From Methanopyrus kandleri AV19 (GTDB taxonomy: Archaea; JAADCQ01; Methanopyri; Methanopyrales; Methanopyraceae): 32,000 nt of DNA. A program made the translations under genes and the position numbers. Positions 17,565 through 25,155 of this stretch are shown one piece after another. Location of the stretch: positions 1,050,001 to 1,082,000 of the forward strand of contig NC_003551.1 of the NCBI RefSeq assembly GCF_000007185.1. The letters are read 5' to 3'. Numbering within the stretch: position 1 is the first letter of the stretch; every line of letters starts with the position of its first letter. Under the pieces are notes generated by a model. The model was not told where the DNA came from. It did no database searches and saw only the letters and a program-made list of their open reading frames with translations.

Positions 17565-17867
17565 TCACCTTAGACCGAGCAACCTCCCGAGTAGATTCAG
17601 TAGATTGGTCCCTTCCGGTAACCCAAGCTCTCGGGCGAGCTCCCAGAGAGCGGGTGAGACCTGAGCTCTCCTTCGGACTTCTCCCCACAAGCGCTCCACG
17701 GACCGGTGAAACGAGCTGGGGTCTCGGCGTAACCTCCGGGATAGCCCGTCGAAAATCCTTCGGGCCTCCCCTTGCAGTGCCGCCCACATGGTCTCGTAGG
17801 CGAGTTTGGGATCTCCGGGGATTTCGGCTATCCCATAGCGGTATCGGATAGACGGGCGGCCAGCCAA
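17565..17867 (-). CDS. Small Arg-rich helical hypothetical protein
   Basis: Track ORF 17565..17978 would overlap the upstream membrane gene by ~100 nt. A TTG at 17867 (AGGAG 10 nt upstream) or ATG at 17789 is the more likely start. C-terminal part: ...MWAALQGEARRIFDGLSRRLRRDPSSFHRSVERLWGEV...LLNLLGRLLGLR. Confidence 0.45.
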   Translation of the reverse strand: MAGRPSIRYRYGIAEIPGDPKLAYETMWAALQGEARRIFDGLSRRLRRDPSSFHRSVERLWGEVRRRAQVSPALWELARELGLPEGTNLLNLLGRLLGLR

Positions 17868-17880
17868 AGATACCCTGCTC

Positions 17881-18261
17881 CTACCCGAAACCCCGTTCTT
17901 CCGAGCTCTTCCACAGCTTCCGCGCCCCCTGAAGCAGCACCCGGGCTGCGGCCACGTCTCGCGGGTCAGGTCTTCCACACAGTCGCCGTCTGAAATCGTG
18001 GATTATCCTCCAGGCACCGTACACGGTCAGGGGGATGGTGACCGCGAAGAACACCAGACAAGCCGTGCTCCGAGCCTGTAGGGCTTCACTAAGACGTTCC
18101 CAGTGACCGGAAAAGAGCGCCCACGTGGCGGCCCCGACCGCGGTCAAGTTCACGACGGCTACCACCGTACCGGGACCCGCTCGCGGTCCCCATAGCAGCC
18201 GGAGCAGCGACCATAAGGCAAAAACCGCCAATAATCCCCCTAGGGCGATATGGAGGTACAC
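17881..18261 (-). CDS. Small membrane protein (3-4 predicted TM helices)
   Basis: 126 aa with a GTG start: YLHIALGGLLAVFALWSLLRLLW, VVAVVNLTAVGAATWALF, ACLVFFAVTIPLTVYGAWRII, then a basic C-terminal tail. Confidence 0.6.
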   Translation of the reverse strand: MYLHIALGGLLAVFALWSLLRLLWGPRAGPGTVVAVVNLTAVGAATWALFSGHWERLSEALQARSTACLVFFAVTIPLTVYGAWRIIHDFRRRLCGRPDPRDVAAARVLLQGARKLWKSSEERGFG

Positions 18262-18429
18262 CGGGTGGCCCCCACTACATCCAACGCTGTCGCGCCTATA
18301 TCGACGCTACGTCGCGCGGTGTAGGGGGGACACAGCCGGACTCCCACCCCCGTGGCGCGATACCGGTCACGACCTTCCCGTGGTGATCCGGACTCCCCGT
18401 TCGCCGTCATCTAGGTCGAGCGTGTGGAT

Positions 18430-19566
18430 TCACCTCATCCTCCTCTTCCTGAGCTCCTCGATAGAGTCATCGAGGAGGTCGTCAAGCGCGTCGTCGCCCA
18501 CCAACTCGCCCGCTTCTTCCATGTCCAGCTCGTACAACCGCTCGACCGCCCCGTTTGCTTCCTCCTCCACGAGCTCACGAACGCGCTCCACGACCGACTC
18601 GTGTACTTCCTCCTGTGGACCCGGCTCCCAAATGGGGTCGTATTCGCCCGGCTGTATTTCGACTTCGCCCAAACGGATCACGGCACCCGCTCCGGGTATC
18701 TTCACCGCCAGCTCCTCCCATCGGGAAAGGGTGTCCGCGAGCTCCAACGCGTGTTCCACGCTGTCCACCAGAATCGAGCCCACCCAGCGCAGAACCTCCT
18801 CGTCGTCGATCCCCAACCCACCTACCGCTTCATGGAGTGCTTCTCGCACCGAATACTCTATCTCATCTATCGGCCCCGGTCTGAGCTCCTTCAGCGGTTT
18901 CACCAGTTCTTCCGGCGGGACGGTACGGTTCGCGCACGTGTGACATAGCAGTGCGAAGATCACCCAAACCCGAGTCGGCGACGCGAACCTCGGAACTAAG
19001 CTCCCGTACCGTACCCCCAGTTCCGGAAGGAGCTCTAAAACCCGCTCGTCCACACCCACCCCGTCGGCCACGTACTCGGCGGCTTCCTTCAGATCCTCAC
19101 GTTCCAGGAGTCCTCCCGCGCACGCCATGAGCGCGACTTCTACCGATAGTGGCTCCAGCACGCTCTCCAGACCCGGGTCTTCCAGGTATTCCGGGGTTCT
19201 CCGTACGAAGAACCGCCGTAGCTGAAGGAAATGCAGGAGGACTATCTCCGCGGGATCGACGGTACCCCTCAGTCCCTCCCAGAGCCCGGATACGCCGCTT
19301 ATCGTCCAGTGTATCAGCCGCTCCGCGGCTTCCGCCAGCGTACTAGGGGTGTCCAAGACCTCGAGGAGAAATCGTATCGGATGTGTCTCCTCGATTCCCT
19401 CGCCCTTCAGCAGTCCCGCGAGACCTTCACAGGACTCGAGCGTCGAGAGTACCACCCGTCGGAAGATCTCGAAGTCCCCGAGGGTCTCGCAGGGCTTCGG
19501 CATCGCCACGTGCAGCTTCTCCAATGCGGATTCCTCCGGTTGGAGCGGATCGTTCCAATCCAACAC
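18430..19566 (-). CDS. Acidic helical protein of unknown function, paralog B of the tandem pair
   Basis: 378 aa with a GTG start. The N-terminus aligns position-for-position with paralog A (LDWNDPLQPEESALEKLHV vs KWWEVPVRPKPSVLEKLHA). It has the same four conserved Cys and a highly acidic C-terminal tail. Confidence 0.8.
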   Translation of the reverse strand: MLDWNDPLQPEESALEKLHVAMPKPCETLGDFEIFRRVVLSTLESCEGLAGLLKGEGIEETHPIRFLLEVLDTPSTLAEAAERLIHWTISGVSGLWEGLRGTVDPAEIVLLHFLQLRRFFVRRTPEYLEDPGLESVLEPLSVEVALMACAGGLLEREDLKEAAEYVADGVGVDERVLELLPELGVRYGSLVPRFASPTRVWVIFALLCHTCANRTVPPEELVKPLKELRPGPIDEIEYSVREALHEAVGGLGIDDEEVLRWVGSILVDSVEHALELADTLSRWEELAVKIPGAGAVIRLGEVEIQPGEYDPIWEPGPQEEVHESVVERVRELVEEEANGAVERLYELDMEEAGELVGDDALDDLLDDSIEELRKRRMR

Positions 19567-20067
19567 GGCTCCCCGTAGACTCGGGTGGTGCGTTCGGCTT
19601 ACAAAGCTTTGAAAGCCCCGCCTTCCGGACGGGGACGCGATCGCCGGAGATACCCGCTAGAACTCTCGAGTCCAGAGCGGCAAAGGTATCGGGTGGATCG
19701 GATTCGCTGCTAATCGGAAGCGGGGTACCGAGTGCCAATCGCTGATTAACGGCTACAGCATCGGGGTCTCAGGGACTACCCAGACTCAAAGCTGTTGAAA
19801 CCGATTGAAGGACTTGGGTTACGATCCCGGGTCCCCAGGATCCGGTTTGGGAGCGGGGTCGGAGACTGATTCGAAGCCGAACTCAGGAACTTCTGAACCT
19901 TTCCGTCGCCCCCGCGAGCCCTTAGCCTAGGCGAGGGAAGTTAACTTCCGGAAAGTATCATCACGCCGTGAGGGGATCACACCGGACCCGACACCGGTCG
20001 ATCCAGGGCCGATCGAACCCCGAAGGGGTTTAACCCTCTGGCGAATGGCGGGTGGGAGGGTTACCGC

Positions 20068-21114
20068 GTGCTCGAGACTATCCTTCTGGCCACCGTCGCC
20101 TGGACGGTTCAGGACCACGATCAACCTTTCGCCACATATTGGCAGGACGTGAAGTTTTGGGAGATCCTGGAGCGACACCCGCGCACGCTCGTCGTCGATC
20201 CCTACTGCGGTCCCGACGACCGACCTTGGACCAAGGACGAGATCCGCACCCTACGCGAGCACGGTGTGAAACCCGTAGCGTACCTATCACTTGCCACGGT
20301 CGGCAAGCACCAGACGGACCTGTACAGTCTCGCGGAGGAGAAGGGACTCCTCGGTCCGCGGGACCCGTACTGGGAAGGGGACCGTGCAGTTCGATTCTGG
20401 GAACGCACCTGGCTCGACGCCCTCCGCACCAAGTTCGAAGAATTACGGGACCTCGGCTACGAGGGTGTGTTCATCGACGTTGTGGACCCGTGGACTCTGG
20501 ACTGGTACGTTAAGTGGTTCCGTCGCGAAACCGGCGAGAACTTGGAGAAACTGCGTGAGTTAACTTACGATGCACTCGAGGAACTCATTCAGGCGGCACT
20601 ACACCTCGGCCTCGAAGTCTACGTGAACGTCGGGGGCGCGATCTTCGATCCAAAGCTCGCCGAGCTCAAGGAACGTTACGGGTTCAAGGTCGTCGTTGAG
20701 GACGTGATCACCGACGATGAGGGTAATCTCGTCCCGGACGACGTGTTCCGTGATTACCTGCGCGCCCTCGCACACCTAGGCTCGGGCGTGTACGTGATCG
20801 AGTACGACCTGACGATGACCCCCGAGGTGAACGAGCGGCTCGAAGAACTCTTCGCGGAGACGAAGGTGGAGGCGGTGTACGTGACCTCGCTCGACCACGA
20901 TCGACTCGGGATCGACATAGTTCCCATCAAGGCTCCGGTGAACCCGTCGGACACCTCGGGGAGCTCGGGGGAGGAGAAGGCATCGTACACGCGGGAGAAC
21001 GAGGAAGACTTGGAGAGAATCCCCGTGGAGGAGCTCGTGGAGGAAGGTCCGAAGAAACTGCCGGTGATCCCGATAGTTCCTCCGGTGCGTCGACGATGCC
21101 TATCGCATGGGTAA
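20068..21114 (+). CDS. GH114 / TM1410-like TIM-barrel protein (putative endo-alpha-1,4-polygalactosaminidase-family glycosidase)
   Basis: 348 aa with a GTG start behind a GGGTGGGAGGG SD. KPVAYLSLATVG...DPYWEGDRAVRFWERTW...LRDLGYEGVFIDVVDPW matches the remembered family pattern (AYlSiGe.e..R.Y...W.Gn..vryW...W...l...GfDGvfLD.vD.y). It has a short hydrophobic N-terminus (LETILLATVAW) and an acidic C-terminal tail. Confidence 0.65.
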   Translation: MLETILLATVAWTVQDHDQPFATYWQDVKFWEILERHPRTLVVDPYCGPDDRPWTKDEIRTLREHGVKPVAYLSLATVGKHQTDLYSLAEEKGLLGPRDPYWEGDRAVRFWERTWLDALRTKFEELRDLGYEGVFIDVVDPWTLDWYVKWFRRETGENLEKLRELTYDALEELIQAALHLGLEVYVNVGGAIFDPKLAELKERYGFKVVVEDVITDDEGNLVPDDVFRDYLRALAHLGSGVYVIEYDLTMTPEVNERLEELFAETKVEAVYVTSLDHDRLGIDIVPIKAPVNPSDTSGSSGEEKASYTRENEEDLERIPVEELVEEGPKKLPVIPIVPPVRRRCLSHG

Positions 21115-21240
21115 CACTCCGGCTCTGCCCCTTCACGAAAATCCTCCGAAGTGCTGTGCGTTCGGAATTCGACGGCTTACCACGCGTTTCGAGGAGACGT
21201 GAGATGGGTCGCGCTGTGACAACGGTCCCGGGGCTCGGGT

Positions 21241-22530
21241 ATGGGATCGCCGGGGGCCCCGGTCCGTCGGCTCACCGGCTCGTTGTGTCTGGTGCTCGTG
21301 GAAGAGGCTACTACCGTACCCACGTTCCCCGGTGCGCTGTACGTTCTGGACCCACCCGGTGAACCGGGACGACTCCGTGAGGGTCCCGAGCTCACCGACG
21401 AAGAGGGAAGATCCGTCGTCCCGTTCGTGGCCCTCGTCGAGCCGCCGCTACGGGAAGTTATCCGGGTCGAGGGGACGACACTCCACGTACACCCGGACGC
21501 CGTCGTTCACGTGGACCCGGACCAACCGGTTGTACTGACAGGATACGCGTGCGACGATCGTCACACCGTCACCGCCGTTCTGCCGTTTCGCTCTTTCCTC
21601 GTAGCGCTGGATCACGCCCGTCACGGGCCACCTGATCCCTACGAACTTTTCGAGGTCTTTGCGATCCTGTATGACCCGATTCAGGCGGCCGCCTTCACCC
21701 TGAACGCCCGTGGACACGCGCTCCTGATCGACGAGCACGGAGTGAACGAACATGCCATGCTCTACACGACTCCGCCAGGTCACCCCGGGCCCGACCACAT
21801 CTCATCCCGGCACGTGCGGCCGAGTGACCTGCAGGGAGCCCCGAAGCACGTCACCGGCGACGGGCCGCCCATCCTTCCACGCGACCGCTACCTCGATCTG
21901 CTCGCCCGGACTCAGTTGATCACAGGTGTTCCGGAACCCGGACGCGCCGACTTCCGTCTACTCGAGAACGTGCACGAGTACGTTAGGCCCCTCCTTACCA
22001 CGATCCACCTCGCACACCATTGGGAAACGCGACAGGTTCACGAAGAAACCGGACGCCTCGTCGCCGAGATTCTCAGGGGAGACCTTCACAGAGAGGTCGC
22101 CGATGCTCACAAGCGGGCGGTGCGTGCCCTCGGATCCCGATACCCTACTCCGGCTTACGCCCCCGACGCTCGTGTTCGCTGGGCTCGTCAGCTCGCCGGG
22201 CCTGTCTCCGACCGCGTCCTCACGAAGGTACAGGATTTCGCCCGTCTCGTCGCCTGCCATCGTCTCGTCAACCGTCTTTGGACGTTCGTCGATACCGTAA
22301 CGCTGCTCGGATACGAGGAGTGCGTGGACCTCGTCGAGATGGCGTACAGCTACACCGAGCACGACCTTCCGGGACACGAGATCGAGAGGCTTCTCCGACC
22401 CTGGATCGACGCACTCCGGGATCCCCACTATCGACGTTTGGAGCGGGGGACCGCACCGCCACCTAAGTTGCGGCTCGTCGAACCCGAGGAGCCCGAGGAC
22501 TTGCTCGTGTGTTACGACCGTCTGCTGTGA
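21241..22530 (+). CDS. Hypothetical protein (His-rich, no recognised family)
   Basis: 429-aa ORF with genome-typical composition. The start is uncertain (ATG 21241, GTG 21292/21298). It lies 126 nt downstream of the GH114-like gene on the same strand. Confidence 0.6.
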   Translation: MGSPGAPVRRLTGSLCLVLVEEATTVPTFPGALYVLDPPGEPGRLREGPELTDEEGRSVVPFVALVEPPLREVIRVEGTTLHVHPDAVVHVDPDQPVVLTGYACDDRHTVTAVLPFRSFLVALDHARHGPPDPYELFEVFAILYDPIQAAAFTLNARGHALLIDEHGVNEHAMLYTTPPGHPGPDHISSRHVRPSDLQGAPKHVTGDGPPILPRDRYLDLLARTQLITGVPEPGRADFRLLENVHEYVRPLLTTIHLAHHWETRQVHEETGRLVAEILRGDLHREVADAHKRAVRALGSRYPTPAYAPDARVRWARQLAGPVSDRVLTKVQDFARLVACHRLVNRLWTFVDTVTLLGYEECVDLVEMAYSYTEHDLPGHEIERLLRPWIDALRDPHYRRLERGTAPPPKLRLVEPEEPEDLLVCYDRLL

Positions 22531-22581
22531 TCCGGCTACCGGAGGTCAGGGTTGGGCCGTGGGGAAAAGTGATCCGGAAAA

Positions 22582-22586
22582 TTTTT
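22582..22586 (+). terminator. Possible oligo-T archaeal terminator
   Basis: A T5 run within GGAAAATTTTTACC, ~50 nt after the stop at 22530. T-runs are rare in this GC-rich window. Confidence 0.3.
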
Positions 22587-22763
22587 ACCGGTGGGGGCCG
22601 GCGTGCGGCCGGCACCGTCGGAACCGTCGACGTCCGTGAGCGGTCTCGGACGGCGTGTCCGTCCGCCGAAAACCTGGCCTCCCTCATACACCCTATCCAT
22701 ACGGTGCAATGCGAACTATCGTGGGATAGTAGACCAAGATTCACTGTATGTCCGACTCCAGTA

Positions 22764-23159
22764 TTAAACTTCTTCTAAAGCTTTCAGTAAATCCTCCGCC
22801 TTGACAGATCTCGTCTTACCTAACACTCTCTCAATAGCTTTATCCTCGTCTTTGATAGCATAGATGGCACGTCCAGAGACCCGATTCGACTCTATTAATC
22901 CTTCCTTTTTGAGTCTACTTGCCAGAGAATAGATTTTGCGTTTGTTCACGTTATTGTAACCTAACTTACGGAGAACTTTCACGATTTCATCACATGTTAT
23001 CCCCATATTAAATTCCCTATACGCCACACATATGGTTGCTAAGACAGCATCGGTTAATGATAACCTACCGCTTTTTAACGCTTCTTTGACCTTTCTTAGT
23101 CTCTCATCTTCCGACAAGTGGGGCAGCCCCCACAACCCCATATGCTGACGTGGGACCAT
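22764..23159 (-). CDS. Winged-helix (MarR/ArsR-like) DNA-binding protein encoded by an AT-rich gene
   Basis: 131 aa. ...ITCDEIVKVLRKLGYNNVNKRKIYSLASRLKKEGLIESNRVSGRAIYAIKDED has an HTH plus wing pattern. Lys/Ile/Asn-rich composition and AT-rich codons contrast with all neighbours. Confidence 0.7.
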   Translation of the reverse strand: MVPRQHMGLWGLPHLSEDERLRKVKEALKSGRLSLTDAVLATICVAYREFNMGITCDEIVKVLRKLGYNNVNKRKIYSLASRLKKEGLIESNRVSGRAIYAIKDEDKAIERVLGKTRSVKAEDLLKALEEV

Positions 23160-23192
23160 CTATCCTCAAAGCGTTACTATGGGATGTTCCTT

Positions 23193-23200
23193 ATATAAAT
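23193..23200 (-). promoter_or_regulatory. Consensus archaeal TATA box (TTTATATA on minus strand) for the wHTH gene
   Basis: GGATTTATATAAGG lies 34 nt upstream of ATG 23159. This implies a leaderless or very short-leader transcript. Confidence 0.5.
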
Positions 23201-23509
23201 CCTGCGGAACGTCTGTTGGCTATCTGTAATGGGTGTTAGAAAATAGCAAGGGGAAGTGTGTGATCGTATGGTCGAATGTTTTCCCAACGGAGTGTAACAT
23301 CTGCTCACTACCCCATCAGGCTTTCATGGTGGGGCCGATTACCGTCGATTGGAGGATTCGGGGGAAGCTCGGCCCTGCCCAGTCCTGTCATCCCCGAGTG
23401 GGTCGACGTTACAACCCCTCCCCATCGCCGGCGGGTACGTATACTCGCGTTAGAGTTTAACCGATTCCGCCCATCGTTTCGTTCGTCGTAACGACAGGGG
23501 GAGGGTTCG

Positions 23510-24421
23510 TTGCGTTGTACGCGCTGCGGCGAACGGAACGCCGAGTACGAGCGTCCGTACGCGGGTGACGCGGTTTGCGGGCGGTGTTTGGTCGAACTGG
23601 TTCGGGATAGGGTGTTCCGCGAGATCAGACGGTGGAGGTGGTTCCGACCGGGACAGCGGATCGTGGTGGCCCTTTCGGGGGGTAAAGATAGCTCCCTGGC
23701 CCTACGGCTCGTTACGGAGTACGTGGAACCGCTGCCGGAGGTCGAGGTGATCGCGTTAACGGTGGACGAGGGGATCTCCGGGTTTCGGGACGCGTGTCTG
23801 CGGGCGGCGGAGCGGGTCGCGGACGAGCTCGACGTGGAGCACGAGGTCGTCTCGTTCGAGGAGGAGTACGGGTTCGCGCTGGAGGAGGTCGTGGAAGACG
23901 TGGACGTATCCGCGTGCACGTTGTGTGGTGTCCTGCGACGACGGTTGCTGAACAGGCGGGCGCGGGAGCTGGGAGCGGATGTCGTGGTAACGGGCCACAA
24001 CCTGGACGACGAGGCGCAAGCCGCCCTGATGAACTTCGTGAAGGCCGACCTGGCGCAGCTGGCGCGGCTACACCCGGAGGTGAGGCCGGAGGACGACCTG
24101 ATCGTGCCCAGGGTGAAGCCGCTACGGGGGGTACCGGAGCGTGAGGTGCGATGGGTGGCGGAAGAGCTCGGTCTGCCGTTCCACGCGGACCCGTGCCCGT
24201 ACGCGCGCTTCTCGGTGCGGTCGTTCTTCAGGGAGATACTCGATGAAATGGAGGAGCGGCTGCCGGACGTGAAGTTCGGGTTGGTGCGGGCGTTGGACAG
24301 GGCGGGTCCGGTGCTGGCGGAGGCGTTTCTGGAGGAGGGACTCGGGCGTTGCGAGCGGTGTGGCGAGCCGGCGGCTGGGAAGCTCTGTAAGGCGTGTGAA
24401 CTGCTGGAGCGGTTGGGTTAG
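23510..24421 (+). CDS. TtuA/Ncs6(NcsA)-family PP-loop ATPase, tRNA 2-thiouridine synthetase
   Basis: 303 aa with a TTG start behind a GGGGGAGGG SD. N-terminal Zn ribbon CTRCG...CGRC, PP-loop ALSGGKDS, Fe-S ligand candidates CTLCG and DPCPY, C-terminal Zn ribbon CERCG...CKAC. Confidence 0.8.
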   Translation: MRCTRCGERNAEYERPYAGDAVCGRCLVELVRDRVFREIRRWRWFRPGQRIVVALSGGKDSSLALRLVTEYVEPLPEVEVIALTVDEGISGFRDACLRAAERVADELDVEHEVVSFEEEYGFALEEVVEDVDVSACTLCGVLRRRLLNRRARELGADVVVTGHNLDDEAQAALMNFVKADLAQLARLHPEVRPEDDLIVPRVKPLRGVPEREVRWVAEELGLPFHADPCPYARFSVRSFFREILDEMEERLPDVKFGLVRALDRAGPVLAEAFLEEGLGRCERCGEPAAGKLCKACELLERLG

Positions 24422-25152
24422 TCGGAGAAGGCCTGCTCGATGCTTTCGATCAGGTCGCGCTCGAGACGGCGGTGAGCACGGAAATGGCGGTTGGGGTCCT
24501 GAACGACGGTGTACCACCAGTAGAGGGCGAAGATGCCGGCCGTCAATAAGGTGAGCACGAAGTACAGGAAGGTACTGCGGCGGGGTACGACGTAGAACGT
24601 CTCGAGCTCGAACGGTGGCTCGTGGGGGTTCATGTCGAGTAGGCGGGCGACACTCTCGAGGAAATCCCGCTCGCGGACGGAGTGTTCGTGGAGGTCCCTG
24701 TTCAGGAAGTGGTAGATGTAGAGGGCTACGAGCCACCCTATGGGCGGGACGAGGGTGAGGAGGGCGTAGATCACGGGGTTCCGACGCTCGGTGTGGAGAC
24801 GCATCTCCTCGAGCTCGGATCTCAGGATGTCAACGTCGTACCCCACGCCGGCGAGGAGCTCCACGAGGTATCGTAGGAACCCCAGGGACCTCGTCACGTG
24901 CTCGTTCCGACGCTTGATCATGAGGTACATCAGGTACACGGCCAGCGGGTACCCGATGAGCGCCTCGAGGAGGCCTAAGAGGACCAGGAACGTCGCGTGA
25001 CCCGGGAACGTCTTGGCCATGACGATCGTGAGCCATCCAAGGAACGTGAGTACCTGCGGGAAAAACGCGAACCACACCGGCACTATCCTGTCCTCTTCGC
25101 CGTAGACCGTGCTGTGCTCTCGGAGACCCTGGAGCGCTATCTCTGGGTCCAC
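24418..25152 (-). CDS. Four-TM membrane protein of unknown function, co-oriented 3 nt downstream of larC
   Basis: 244 aa. Hydrophobic segments: IVPVWFAFFPQVLTFLGWLTIVMA, ATFLVLLGLLEALIGYPLAVYLMYLMI, PVIYALLTLVPPIGWLVALYIYHFL, TFLYFVLTLLTAGIFALYWWYTVV. A His-rich loop reads HFLNRDLHEHS. Confidence 0.7.
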   Translation of the reverse strand: MDPEIALQGLREHSTVYGEEDRIVPVWFAFFPQVLTFLGWLTIVMAKTFPGHATFLVLLGLLEALIGYPLAVYLMYLMIKRRNEHVTRSLGFLRYLVELLAGVGYDVDILRSELEEMRLHTERRNPVIYALLTLVPPIGWLVALYIYHFLNRDLHEHSVRERDFLESVARLLDMNPHEPPFELETFYVVPRRSTFLYFVLTLLTAGIFALYWWYTVVQDPNRHFRAHRRLERDLIESIEQAFSD

Positions 25153-25155
25153 GGT

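Noticed and set aside
18125-18943. 272-aa and 174-aa + strand ORFs antisense to paralog B
   Set aside because: They are Ser/Pro/Arg/Thr-rich low-complexity translations typical of the shadow frame of a GC-rich gene. The minus-strand ORF has protein-like composition and a full-length paralog.
19594-19602. CGGCTTAC (also GCCGGCTTAC on the minus strand at 16011-16020), reminiscent of the RNase P RNA P4 3' strand
   Set aside because: No GAGGAAAGTCC-type CR-I partner lies at an appropriate distance on the same strand. The required upstream region lies inside coding sequence or is only ~120 nt away.
19763-19837. tRNA-sized segment with T-arm-like TTGGG-TTACGAT-CCCGG and a partially complementary GGGGTC/GTCCCC acceptor
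   Set aside because: No D-arm or anticodon-arm pairing can be drawn. The T-loop deviates at conserved C56, and the register of the acceptor and T stems is incompatible.
23331-23375. 7-bp stem GGGCCGA...TCGGCCC enclosing 30 nt upstream of the TtuA-like gene, considered as a tRNA or ncRNA fragment
   Set aside because: It is too short for a tRNA, has no conserved loops, and a single GC stem in GC-rich DNA is not sufficient evidence.
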